Source of the DNA: Eledone cirrhosa
Lineage: Eukaryota
Length of the DNA stretch: 64,000 nt
Assembly: GCA_964016885.1 (NCBI GenBank)
Contig: OZ024740.1
Location: 47,616,001-47,680,000 of the forward strand
Direction of reading: 5' to 3'
The notes under the pieces are model-generated. The model saw only the letters and a program-made list of their open reading frames with translations, searched no databases and had not been told where the DNA came from. This document shows, one piece after another, positions 1-12,874 of this stretch. The position numbers were made by a program, and so were the translations under genes. Positions within the stretch are counted from its first letter, which is position 1. Each line of letters opens with the position of its first letter.

Positions 1-992
1 CTACTCGTAACATGTAACCCAGTACAACCTGTCTCATGGTCGTCGGCGACTAAACCGGCAACCCCACCAAGCCTGCTTAGTGAGGAGGGTGATATTTGGA
101 CACCCTGCGGGATGAAATACAAGACCCGGCAAAGGGCGGAGGAACTCAGCAGAGTCAACGGTCATCCAAATAGTACTTTTCTTCTTTTTTTTTTTTTTTT
201 TTCACCTGGGAGTGAAACGCCCTCAGTTGTCACAACACCTTTCTAAGAGAGGGAAACTCTGAAAAAAAACTGCGATTTCGGAAGTATCCGATGTTCATCT
301 GTTCTCGTTTTCGGGTAATGTTTTCGATACTCAGAGAGTGGGATTGGTTCAGGTTATGTTACAGGTTCGTGAGGTTGGCCGCAGCATAAACATGCACCTT
401 TTACTGTAATCTGACAAGCGATTGCAATACTCTTAACAGAGTTTGCAGCCATCATATATGTATGTATGTAAGTATGTCTGTAAGTGTCTGTGTATGTATT
501 ATGAACCCGTATCTCCTGGTGAGTAGGAGCACCGTTGGGAGATACGATGTTTCTTGGTTATCTTTTTAACCTGGTAGACTATTCTGTCCGACGTTTTAAC
601 AAATCTGCCAATTCACCGCCTATTTAAGAGAGTATAGTCGAAAAAAAAAACATTATTTTATCAACACCTAAAGTATGAAATTCAAAGTCAATCCCAGTAG
701 AATTTGAACTCAAACCATTATCTGGCAGTTAATCTGTTTGTCTGGCTCTCCACTATATTTCTAGACCAGAAATATCTATAAAGGTAATTCCTGTTCTGGT
801 TATAAGCACAGAATGAATTTCTCGCAGCATCTGATCTGCTAGTAATATCAAATAAAATGTCATCAAATACAATCTACAATTTTTTTTAAATCATATTGGT
901 TAATGTGCTCCTTAAAGTGGAAATGAGACATATGCATCCGGATAATACATTTTGCTTGAAGAAAACAAGATGGGATTATGATAATGATGATG

Positions 993-1192
<200 letters not shown>

Positions 1193-1530
1193 GTGCATAC
1201 GATGGTCTTCCGTCTCCCAAATTTCTCTATTCGATGTAGAATTCGACCTCCTTATACAATGGAAACATAATAGTAGTCTTTCGGGACAAGACACAGTTAC
1301 TATATATGTGAAATAAACAGTCATTGAACCCTCCTTAAGCATAAACAATACACAGTGACATAATCACAAATTTATAATCTTTATAATCTTCGATGATATT
1401 TGATGATAACAGATGAGAAATCTTTTATTACGGGGTCGATAAAATAAAGTACCAGTATTGTACTGGGTAATTGCTGGCCTTTGTCGATTGTGGGAAATTA
1501 TCCAGGAGCAAGAGGTCGTCAGATCTGTAA

Positions 1531-1600
<70 letters not shown>

Positions 1601-1744
1601 TGTGAGTGTAAGTGTGTGTATGTGTATGTGTGCGTGTGTGTGTGTGAGAGAGAGAGTGTGTATGTATGAGTAAGTGTGTGGTGAGTGTAAGTGTGTGTAT
1701 GTGTGTGTGTGTGTGTGCGTGTGTGTGTTTCGTATCTTCACGTT

Positions 1745-1890
1745 TTCAGTTCAAATCCAGCAGCAGTCAATTTTGCTTTTCATCTTTCAGAGATCGTTAA
1801 ATTGAAGTACTAGTCACGTACTGGCATCGAGTTAATCACTTCTTTTCTTCCCTCAAAGTTCTCTCCGGGTGCTTATGTAAGAAATTCTTG
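1745..1890 (+). mobile_element. tRNA-derived SINE fragment (family with core gcctttcatcctt..gggtcgataaaataaagtaccagt)
   Basis: B-box-like gttcaaatcc plus conserved core. Related copies at ~560-730(-), 1425-1480, 30930-31100, 33820-34120, 35130-35420(-), 42275-42370, 46480-46670(-), 47440-47630(-). Confidence 0.65.
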
Positions 1891-2281
1891 TTGTGGGAGA
1901 AGGTGTAGTACCCATTAACTTTTCAGACCTTCACAAATGGGGCCCAAGCCTAAATTGCATCGCAAAATCTAGGTTTCCTTAAAGCTTTAAAATTGTTTCA
2001 AAGTTGATCAGTTGCTGGGATTCCACAAAATTCGAGTAAGATCACATATTATTGTACTTTTTGCATATTTAGATTGATAAAGACTTCCTTACCAATACAT
2101 TACAAAAATTGGTTCACACTTTTTCGAGTCTTGTGTCTTTTACTGCTACTATAACAGTGTCTACCTGTCTGAAATAGAAAGCTATATACTGCTTTCGCAA
2201 TTTCTACTATTTGGCGCCTCACTCAAAACACGAACTAAATTATTCCCCACTTCTCAGTCTTTTGAAATCTACCCATTTTTA

Positions 2282-2646
2282 CAGACGTACACGAGTTTAT
2301 AGTAAACATCAACTATAGCGATATCACCAGTCTGGAATAATCTGCTAAAACTAATCTGCTAAAACTAGGGGAAATAACTCTTCCAAACGCTTAAAAAAAG
2401 GGAAATAAATTTCTTATGCTGACCAGAGTTGAACAGAAGTAAAATGTACAACCTGGTCTCAATTCTTATGCATTTTATTGCAGCTAATTCTACAATAAAC
2501 AAGTATAGTTGCTCTTGCTTCTTACATTTAAACAATAATTTAGGTTTGTACAGAGTTACTCCCCATGATAAAACATTTTTCCAATCTTAAATTCTCGGGG
2601 AAAATCTTTCATTCTCTCTCTCTTTCTTTCTCTCTCTCGCTCGCTC

Positions 2647-2710
<64 letters not shown>

Positions 2711-4953
2711 ATCTCTCTCCCTCTTTCTCTCTCTCTCTCTCTCTAATATACAGCAAAGGTTATATATTTAAAGAATATTACATTTTGCTGTATTGAGATT
2801 ATACTCCAAATATTTTCACCGAGTTATGTTAAGAGTGACAATAGAACATCTGGTTTAGGAAATTATTGTGCCAAGGGTATGCCTATAAGTTCAAACGAAG
2901 CTTAAAGTAAACATAGTCTACAAGCATCTCCATACAACTTCCGTTCTCCAGTGGATCACTTAGGGCGAAATATATGCTTTCAATGCGTACTGACTGCAGA
3001 AAGCGTTTAAGAAAATTATCAATTTATTAGGCATAAACACTGACAGAGGATTACTCTCTCAATCACTTAATATTTTAATCACTTAATATTTTATCCATCT
3101 TCTTGCTATCATGTGAAAAGAGGTACTGAAACCTACTTAAATACAGTTTGAAATGAAGTTTTAGTCATGTCTAAGAACGGCTTTGAAGGATTTGGGCTTG
3201 CAGAGATGTTCTAAATTTGACCGAAGTGACTGGAATGTGTGTGGTTACGGAAGACGATACCTTAAAATTGATTGTTGATAAGAAAGTGGAAGAAAAGGAC
3301 CGTTTTACAAACGAATTAACAGACTTGGCAGAATAGCTCGGTGCATTAAAAAAGAAAAAAACAAGTTTGTTGTAAATATATTAAAAATTGACGCCATTAG
3401 ATGATATTTTGCTAATGCCAACTCTTTGATGAAAATGTGTTTGGAAATGGACTATTTGTGGTAGCTAGGTGACTTTGTATAGAAGAGTTTAAATATAGCT
3501 TAAGCACCTTATGAAATTCTTATGGAGAGGAAAAGAAAAATACGGCAAACGGTTCTGGTTTCATATTTTAGGAAGATGTATGCCTCTCAGCCTGGTCGGT
3601 CATTGGAGAATAACTCTCAGTCTGGTCTATCGTTGGTGGATAACCCGCAGTCTGGTCTATCGTTGGTGGATAACCCGCAGTCTGGTCGGTCATTGAAGAA
3701 TAACTCTCAGTCTGGTCTATCGTTGGTGGATAACCCGCAGTCTGGTCGGTCATTGGTGGATAACCCGCACTCTGGTCTATCGTTGGTGGATAACCCGCAG
3801 TCTGGTCGGTCATTGGTGGATAACCCGCACTCTGGTCTATCGTTGGTGGATAACCCGCAGTCTGAGGTCATTGGTGGATAACCCGCAGTATGGTCTATCG
3901 TTGGTGGATAACTCGCAGTCTGGTAGGTCATTGGTGGATAACCCGCAGTATGGTCTATCGTTGGTGGATAACTCGCAGTCTGGTAGGTCATTGGTGGATA
4001 ACCCGCAGTCTGGTCTATTGTTGGTGGATAACCCGCAGTCTGGTAGGTCATTGGTGGATAACCCGCACTCTGGTCTATCGTTGGTGGATAACCCGCAGTC
4101 TGGTAGGTCATTGGTGGATAACCCGCACTCTGGTCTATCGTTGGTAGATAACCCGCAGTCTGGTCGGTCATTGGTGTACAACGCTCAGTCTGGTCCATCT
4201 TTGGTGAATAACCCGCAGTCTGGTCGGTCATTGGTGTACAACGCTCAGTCTGGTCCATCTTTGGTGAATAACCCGCAGTCTGGTAGGTCATTGGTGGATA
4301 ACCCGCACTCTGGTCCATCTTTGGTGGATAAGGCTCAGTCTGGTCCATCTTTGGTGAATAACTCTCAATCTTGTCCATCTTTGGTGGATAAGGCTCAGCC
4401 TGGTCCATCTTTTGTGGATAAGGCTCAGCCCGGTCCATCTTTTGTGAATGACCCTCAGCCTGGTCCATCAATGTTGAATTACTTTCAGCCTGATCCATCA
4501 TTCTTGGATGACTCTCAGCCTTGTCTATCACTAGTGAATGACCATCAGCCTGGTTCATCATTGTTGGATGACCCACAGCTTGGTCCGTCAGTTGTGGATA
4601 ATCTTCAGCCTGTGCCATAATCATAAAGCTAAAGTTGCAACCAGTTCCACAGTATAATGCTATAAAAATGCAATTATCGACTTCGGTCAAAATTACTTCA
4701 CGAGTATACAATATTTACAGTATGGTGTAGTAATATATGTAATATTTTATTTTGTTATCATTTATTTATTTTAAATATCAAAGTAGCAAATTAGTGTTAT
4801 ATGTATTAATAAAAGCTTATACTAACATAATTTTATTGAAAGAAAAGAAAATTTTTGGGATGTCTAGATCTCATCTCCATTTTCTTTTGAAGCGACTTCG
4901 TTTACGTCACCCCCTGAAGGATCGTATCCCCGGCGTAAAATCAGGGCCACTTG
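2282..4953 (+). mobile_element. Degenerate pogo/Tigger-like DNA transposon
   Basis: Translation near 2905-3010 gives VNIVYKHLHTTSVLQWIT*GEIYAFNAY, resembling the pogo DDE motif [25 protein letters not shown]. C-terminal KRKIRQTVLVSYF. Right end cgtaaaatcagggccacttg resembles a Tigger TIR. Boundaries approximate. Confidence 0.55.
3586..4615 (+). repeat. 30-bp minisatellite (~34 units), decapeptide SLVDNPQSG(R/L/P)
   Basis: Unit cagtctggtc(g/t)(g/a)tc(a/g)ttggtggataacccg; diverges toward the 3' end; 2-nt deletion near 3864. Confidence 0.95.
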
Positions 4954-5157
4954 CAAACGAACGTCGCACAATCTCATTCCTCTTCTCTGTGAAACATGTA
5001 GTTAGAGTTTTTTTTACAATATTGTATAAAGAAATTAAGTCATCAATCTAAATATTTAACTCAGCTTTGATTATTTATAACTCTTTACTGTCCATTTAAG
5101 TCAAAAACACACAAGGGCTATTTACAAATGGAGCATTAAAAAATCACACAACCTCTC

Positions 5158-5216
<59 letters not shown>

Positions 5217-5224
5217 CCCTCTCC

Positions 5225-5296
<72 letters not shown>

Positions 5297-5299
<3 letters not shown>

Positions 5300-5605
5300 G
5301 TTGTTAAACAATATTCGATGATTATGTCAAAGAATGAGTTTTACAGTAGATTGGAAGCACTCAACGAAAAAATAATTTTCAGGAGTTATTAATATTAAAA
5401 TATAAGTATTAATAAAATAGATGTTCTTTTGATCAATTACATTTTATTATACATATTTCGGATGTACAACAGTACGTCCTCATCAGACAAAATATAATGA
5501 TACATGACATACCCTGAGATGTTAAATGGTTACATCCGAAATATGTATAATAAAATGTAATTGATCAAAAGAACATCTATTTTATTAATACTTATATTTT
5601 AATAT
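5297..5605 (-). mobile_element. 5'-truncated Penelope-like insertion with inverted pLTR in (TA)n
   Basis: Inverted arms ~5392-5465 / 5531-5605, unpaired ~95-nt extension on the left, (TA)n on both sides, hammerhead inside. Confidence 0.7.
5436..5498 (-). ncRNA. Minimal type I hammerhead ribozyme
   Basis: Minus strand: AUUAUAUUUUGU CUGAUGA GGACGUAC-UGUU-GUACAUCC GAA AUAUGUAU A^AUAAAAUGUAAU; 12-bp stem I, canonical core. Confidence 0.88.
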
Positions 5606-5696
5606 ATATATATATATTTATTAAAATAACAGATTAAAGTTTAAGCAAAGAATCGCTGCTTTCACCCTTAACGGGATCTTCTGAAACTATTATTAT

Positions 5697-5761
<65 letters not shown>

Positions 5762-5804
5762 GGAATACTGTTGGCTTTTTGCTACAATGTTTTCTATACC
5801 TTTC

Positions 5805-5885
<81 letters not shown>

Positions 5886-6106
5886 CGCACACACACACAC
5901 ACATATATATATCTGACAACACATACATGAGCCTAAGGATTCACATCAAACTCCTTTTTAGACGCATGGGGTGGCGCGCATTCCACGACGACAAAAGGAC
6001 CCACCAACATGCACAGGATAATCCTCACGACCGCCTCAAATGGATCTTTAAATCCAGACGACCTCAGAAAAGGCTTGAGCTCTGCCGTGGGTCAGATTTT
6101 TTCCTA

Positions 6107-6172
<66 letters not shown>

Positions 6173-6212
6173 CGTAATTGTATGTGTGTGTGTATTTCTG
6201 TGGTTGTGTTTT

Positions 6213-6243
<31 letters not shown>

Positions 6244-6433
6244 GTGTATGTGTGTGTGTATACGTATATATGTATAAGGGTGTATGTATATGCATCATTA
6301 CATATAGTGATTTAATGATTATTTTCATTGATCTTTTACTCCAGGAACTTGTTGAGTGCTCTAAATCTGCTATAAGCATTTATACCCTTTTCTAAAAATA
6401 TTTTTTTTTTATTTATTATTTGTCGTATTCCCA

Positions 6434-6522
6434 TTTTATTTTTATTTTTATTTTTATTTTTATTTTTATTTTTATTTTTATTTTTATTTTTATTTTTATT
6501 TTTATTTTTATTTTTATTTTTA

Positions 6523-6553
<31 letters not shown>

Positions 6554-6625
6554 TTTATTTTTATTTTTATTTTTATTTTTATTTTTATTTTTATTTTTAT
6601 TTTTATTTTTATTTTTATTTTTATA
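6434..6625. repeat. (TTTTTA)n simple repeat
   Basis: Direct reading. Confidence 0.95.
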
Positions 6626-6815
6626 TATACAATATTTATTTTCTTTTATATATATATATAATAATTATGTTCTTTCTCATATATATATATATATATATAT
6701 TGAGTTATATATGTATGTCTGTGTATGTGTGTATGTACGTATACATACGTATGTGTATGTATATATGTGTGTGTAGGTATATATGTGTATGTGAGTATGT
6801 ATGTATGTGTATGTG

Positions 6816-6938
<123 letters not shown>

Positions 6939-6969
6939 CATGAAACAAAGTTCTGTTTAAAACAATTAT

Positions 6970-7018
6970 TTGCTTACAATTGTTTCTTCCAAACCGAGGT
7001 TTGGAGTCTTCGGAGCAA
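6970..7018 (-). ncRNA. Minimal type I hammerhead ribozyme (CCGAAGA core variant)
   Basis: UUGCU CCGAAGA CUCCAAACC-UC-GGUUUGGAA GAA ACAAUUGU A^AGCAA; palindromic stem III; lies ~35 nt from the microsatellite end of the insertion. Confidence 0.75.
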
Positions 7019-8491
7019 TTATTCAGTGATTTTTAACATACTTGACCTCCTTTTCAACACAAGAGACATATAGAAACATATGTATATATTGACCCATAGT
7101 GGGTTGACATCCATTATAATAATATAGTATGGTAATTTACATACAAAGATTACAGTCATATTAAAGGACAAAATTAAAGTTAAAATTAAAATTAAAATTA
7201 AAATAAAACATTGGCAGTCTACTAAGATAAAGCAAAAGGAAAGTTTGGAGTAGCCAGTGTATGCAACAGTCACACGTGTGGCATGCACGCGTGTCCTATT
7301 TATACAAGTTATAGTGCGGCAGATTGTTACAAGTAAAACAAGCAGTCAAAGCAGGCAATCAAAAGCATCATGGGGGCTGAACTGGTAAAGCATTATTCAC
7401 ACACACCTGTACGATATAGAAGCCCGTGTGTGGAGAAACACCAAAAATATCAAAAATATTACAAATGAGAAGCAAAACAGCACCACTGTCCTCGTACACC
7501 CCACCACTCTCACAATCCAGGAAACGCAATTTATAGACTACATGTCCATTTCACAATCCACGATGATTCAACATTGGGTGCCTGGTGAACCATGCTAGAG
7601 CATCACAGCTTGTCGTTCTTTAATTCGATTCTATAGAGCAGGTTGTTTTTGTTGTGAGAGATGACATCGTATTATATTCCGGAAGTGTGTGTGTGATTAA
7701 GGGGAGTCAATGCGTAAGGGGAGGTAACTAGCTGATTTCTTTTGGAAAGGGAGACAAGGAGGTCGGGGGGAGGTGGAGGAATCTAAAGTATTTAGCGGAT
7801 AGGCAAACGTGAAGAGCCTTTACGCTATAACTGTGTAATGAACCTCCCCCTCCCTCCCGACCTCCTTGTCTCCCTTTCCAAAAGAGCAGTGCAGAGTGTA
7901 GTCAGCTTATCCAATCAGAAGAGAGATATCAATTACAGCGGGAAATTAATGCTACGTAGGCAGAATTCAAATTCTAAACGTGTCAGGACACGTATACAAA
8001 ATTATTTGCAACGTCAGCATAAAAAACTGTATAAATATCAAGGCAATTCAAACTACCACAAACGAACTACACGCCGAATACAGAACGCCGTTACTCAAAA
8101 CATACATACACATTACTTGTGTATGCGTATGTATGTTTTGATGTATTTGTATATGTATATTTATGTGTACGTGCATTTGTGTGTATTGCTTACCACGTGT
8201 GTTTGTTCATTTATTTGTTGCCTGTATCGCTGTCAACATTATAATAGTCTTTATTTTCTTTTTTATGTTTTTTATTATTATATATATTTTTTCTTATATT
8301 TATTTGTGTGTGTGAGTATGTAGAGGTGTGTATATATATTTTTATTTTTGTGCATGCGTATGTATGCATATATATATATGTGTGTGTATGTATGTGTATG
8401 TATGTACGTGTGTATATACGTATGATTGTGTGTATGTATGTATGTATGTATATGTATGTATGTATATGTATGTGTGTATGGCTATGTATGT

Positions 8492-8556
<65 letters not shown>

Positions 8557-8607
8557 CACATACATAGCCATACACACATACATATACATACATACATACA
8601 TACACAC

Positions 8608-8638
<31 letters not shown>

Positions 8639-8771
8639 TGTTGTATATTTGTATGTGTATGTATGGATATGTTGATATTTATGTGTGTATGTATGTATGT
8701 GTATATGTATGTGTATGTATATATATACACATATATGTGTGTGTGTGTATATGTGTGTGTATGTATGTGTG

Positions 8772-8818
<47 letters not shown>

Positions 8819-8827
8819 ATGTATATA

Positions 8828-8940
<113 letters not shown>

Positions 8941-9205
8941 ATGTGTGTTTTTATTTTATTTTTCCTTTCCTTCTTTCTTTTCCAGCCTCACTTTCTTATA
9001 GATTGCATTTTTGTTTTTAAAATCCAACGTCAATAAATACGCCAGGATTTTTTCATTCTGATGATTAAAAGCAAAATTTTTTTGCTTTTAAGAAACCACT
9101 GGTAAATGAAATAATTGCCTTATGTTGTTTATTACATAACTATTAAGCTCTGTTACCTACATAGAGCACTCTTTTTTTCCTGGACTTTTCCGACGGAATG
9201 ACTTC

Positions 9206-9247
<42 letters not shown>

Positions 9248-9456
9248 TTTTTCCTGAGTTCAGTTTTTTTCGTCGTTATGGTCACTGCGGTCCGTCTATC
9301 GGTCGCTGTATTCGATTTGCAAAGCTGTCTAAACGGAATGTACCCTATTGAGTGCTTAGCTGTCTAAACGTAATATACCCTATTGAGTGCTTAGCTGCAC
9401 ACCGTGACTGCATTCGTTAGCTTGGCTGCAACCAGAGCTTCGTTGATGCTGTACTA

Positions 9457-9544
<88 letters not shown>

Positions 9545-10125
9545 TCACTGCGATGTATGTATGTGGCGGTGTGGGTGTCCGAGCATGTAGGCGTACGGGT
9601 GTGAATGCATAGATAAGTGTATGTCTGAGTATATATATGTGTGTGTTACTATGTGTTTATTCTAGTATGTGTGGGTGCTTACTCTGAAGTGTGAGCAGAC
9701 GCTTGAGGTTACTGAACACAGCATGACTCCATTGAAATATATCGGACGGATAATAGTTGATGAACCGTGTGGCAGCAGATACTGACCAGAACTTGTGATG
9801 ACGTGGAGTAAAAACACCCAATGGCATGACAAGAGTGGAAAGAAGGTTTTTTGAGGGGTTGTTTTGATAACAACACCCCAGTGATAAAATTTGCTCCGGA
9901 CATAACAGATGTCTGAAAGAACCCGCAGAAGTAGAATCAGCCAGATCCATACAAGGACCATGTCTCGAGCTACCTGCCGGCGAAACATTTGTAACACGAA
10001 ATAAACCAAGTCCAGATGCATCACTGATTTTTCGTTTTCTTGATAATTTATACACTCTACTCTGGTGAATATCGAGTGCTAATTTTGGCATACCGCCTAT
10101 GGAAGCACCATAGCTACCACTATAC

Positions 10126-10197
<72 letters not shown>

Positions 10198-10486
10198 TAG
10201 ATTGAGTTAGGAACTCAAAATAGTCTTTTACAATTAAATAGCTCAAAGAAGGGAATCTTTCCGAGTCGTGTAATATAATTGGATATATGAGAGGGATGAA
10301 TACTTAATAATTCTTGCGAAACAGATTTAGGTCTGTTCGGGTATCAAAGGCTATTGCCCGATATAGGTTTGTCATTTTTATTGATTTATTACTTTAAATC
10401 GAGTCAGGCAAACCATATTGTTTTAAACTAGTATTTTTTCAACCTAGCTAACTTGGTGATTTGCAATTGGAACAAATGTATACTTA

Positions 10487-10533
<47 letters not shown>

Positions 10534-10565
10534 ATATCATCCCTCTCATATATCCAATTATATTA

Positions 10566-10780
10566 CAGTGGCGGACTGGGTCCAAGATATTGGTTGCCAG
10601 GAGATGAAGGGGGCCCACCTACATATAGAATGCCATCATTTAATTTTTATAATGAATAAATAACATTTTCGAAAAATACATAACTGGAAACCAAACAGTG
10701 TAATCAAATTTTTGCGGGAAAAAATCTTACCTTCTCCAATAAAAAATATTATGTATTTTGCGAAATCCAGAGACTTTCAA
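10566..10780 (+). mobile_element. Left end of non-autonomous DNA transposon (TIR CAGTGGCGGACTGG)
   Basis: Preceded by TA; second left end at 11559-11770; complementary right end finishing at 22730 followed by TA. Confidence 0.6.
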
Positions 10781-10788
10781 TAATGACC

Positions 10789-11245
10789 AGAAGTCGACCC
10801 TAAATATTATTAATAGCTCTAGGAAAGCCATGAACGACACCACTTCTTTTTAACTTTGATTTTGAAAGTATGTTTATAATTATCAATTTTCATTATACTT
10901 TGCAGCTATCTCAGCGGTCTAGGCTAGGAATCTTAGACGGTGGTGATCCTGGTCTGAAGTTCGATCCTGCTCGGTAGTAGGGTTCCCGGTAAACCTTTTC
11001 ATTTTTTTTTTCTATGGGTTGTAAAATAAAAACTGAAAAAGGTTACATATACCTCTTGACTAAGATTGAACACAAGGCCAGGATCACCACCGTCTCTAGA
11101 ACCTACCACCGGGCCACAGACAACTAGGAAATATCAAGTGAAAATTCATACTTATAAACCTACTTTCAAAATTTTCAAAACAAACTGTTGTGGTCTCGTT
11201 CATGTCTTTCTTAATGTTATTGCTCCTACTTAAGGTCGACTTCTA
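10789..11245. mobile_element. Diverged foldback/MITE with long inverted arms
   Basis: agaagtcgacc...ggtcgacttct termini; internal gacggtggtgatcctgg / ccaggatcaccaccgtc and ttttgaaagta / tactttcaaaa pair up. Confidence 0.7.
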
Positions 11246-11333
11246 AATCATTTGGGTGTTCCATAAACCACATCCTCGTTTTGTTTCACATCTATCTAGA
11301 CTATATTTTAATGTTTTATTTCTATTACACCTC

Positions 11334-11406
<73 letters not shown>

Positions 11407-11494
11407 ATATTTGAATCTACTATAATTTGGGCTTACCTTATTCCAATGTATATGTATTTGCATGTCAGTTAGATTCAAACTTACAATGATTGGC

Positions 11495-11558
<64 letters not shown>

Positions 11559-11560
<2 letters not shown>

Positions 11561-11770
11561 GTGGCGGACTAGGTCTAACAATATTGGTCGCCAGATGAAG
11601 GGGGCTCAACTACATATAGAATGCTATCATTTAATTTCTATAATGAATAAATAACATTTTCAAAAAATACATAAGTGGAAACAAAACAGTGTAATCAAAT
11701 TTTTGCGGAAAAATATCTTACTTTCTCCAATAAAAATATGTATTTTGCGAAATCCAGAGACTTTCAATGA
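11559..11770 (+). mobile_element. Second left end of CAGTGGCGGACT-TIR transposon
   Basis: Highly similar to 10566-10780. Confidence 0.6.
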
Positions 11771-11797
11771 TAGCCTTTGGTATTTCACACTCAATCA

Positions 11798-11892
<95 letters not shown>

Positions 11893-11912
11893 CGTGTGGG
11901 GGGTGGGGGGGG

Positions 11913-11946
<34 letters not shown>

Positions 11947-11974
11947 CTATCTATATATATACATATATACGTGA

Positions 11975-12685
11975 ACGACAAAGCATAAATGAACTAAGTG
12001 AGAAATTAGTAATAAGAGGGATCAGATGCTGTTTACTCGAGAGAAGACTACGTTGGTATGGTCACGTGATGCGCATGAAAGACGACAGCTGTATAAAAAA
12101 AGTGCAGGGCGATCAAAATTGATGGAAGCTACGGAGTAGGCAGATCCAGAAAAACCTGGGACAATTTGATAAATTCCGACCTCACACACTTACACCTCTC
12201 CAAGACAATATCACTGGACCAAGATCTTTGGCGCTACACAGTAATACAGAAGACCCGCCTTGCCTAAGTACAAAGCGAAACCTAGTCAGTAGGCACCTCT
12301 TAACTAAAAATACAACCCCATCCCACTACCCCTACCCCCACCCCTACCTACACCACCCCCATCTACACCACCCCTTTCTCTGTAAAGTTATGTTGGTACC
12401 ACAACATCCAGACCTAAATAAATAAGGTCGTGTAGGTGTCACGACAAAAAAACACACAGTCCACGCTGTAATGTGACCGTGTAGGTAACACGGTTAAAAC
12501 CTCCCAGTCCACACTGTAAACGTGGTTGGTGTTAGGAAGGGCATCCAGCCGTAGAAAACCTGTCAGACAGTCCCATACGAGCAAGACAACCAATCTTGCC
12601 TCAAGTGGGACAATTCCCATCTAAACCCATGCTAGCGTGGAAGATAGACGTTAAACGATGATGATGATGATGATGATGATGATGA
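11975..12685 (+). mobile_element. RTE-clade LINE 3' fragment with RTE-type tail ending in (GAT)n
   Basis: ERRLRWYGHVMRM motif; tail ggtgttaggaagggcatccagcc...cccatgctagc...gacgttaaac(gat)n. Confidence 0.8.
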
Positions 12686-12784
12686 TATATACACCACCTT
12701 CACCACTAATTGATTTGACAGATGTCTTTAACCTATTGGTACCAAACATTATTTGGTCAGTAGTTTGTGTGTATGTGTAAGTAA

Positions 12785-12867
<83 letters not shown>

Positions 12868-12874
<7 letters not shown>

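Noticed and set aside
3586-4615. CRISPR-like regular array
   Set aside because: Contiguous 30-bp units with no unique spacers, no cas genes, eukaryotic context.
3707-4711. 334-aa minus-strand ORF
   Set aside because: Antisense reading of the minisatellite; no domain or splice support.
5650-5690. Hammerhead-like CAGAAGA...GAAA on the minus strand
   Set aside because: Core mutated, stem III not palindromic and stem I not formable; at best a dead relative of the 26.5-kb family.
9657-10127. Overlapping minus-strand ORFs between TA runs
   Set aside because: No recognisable motif in the frames I read; probably an unidentified repeat fragment.
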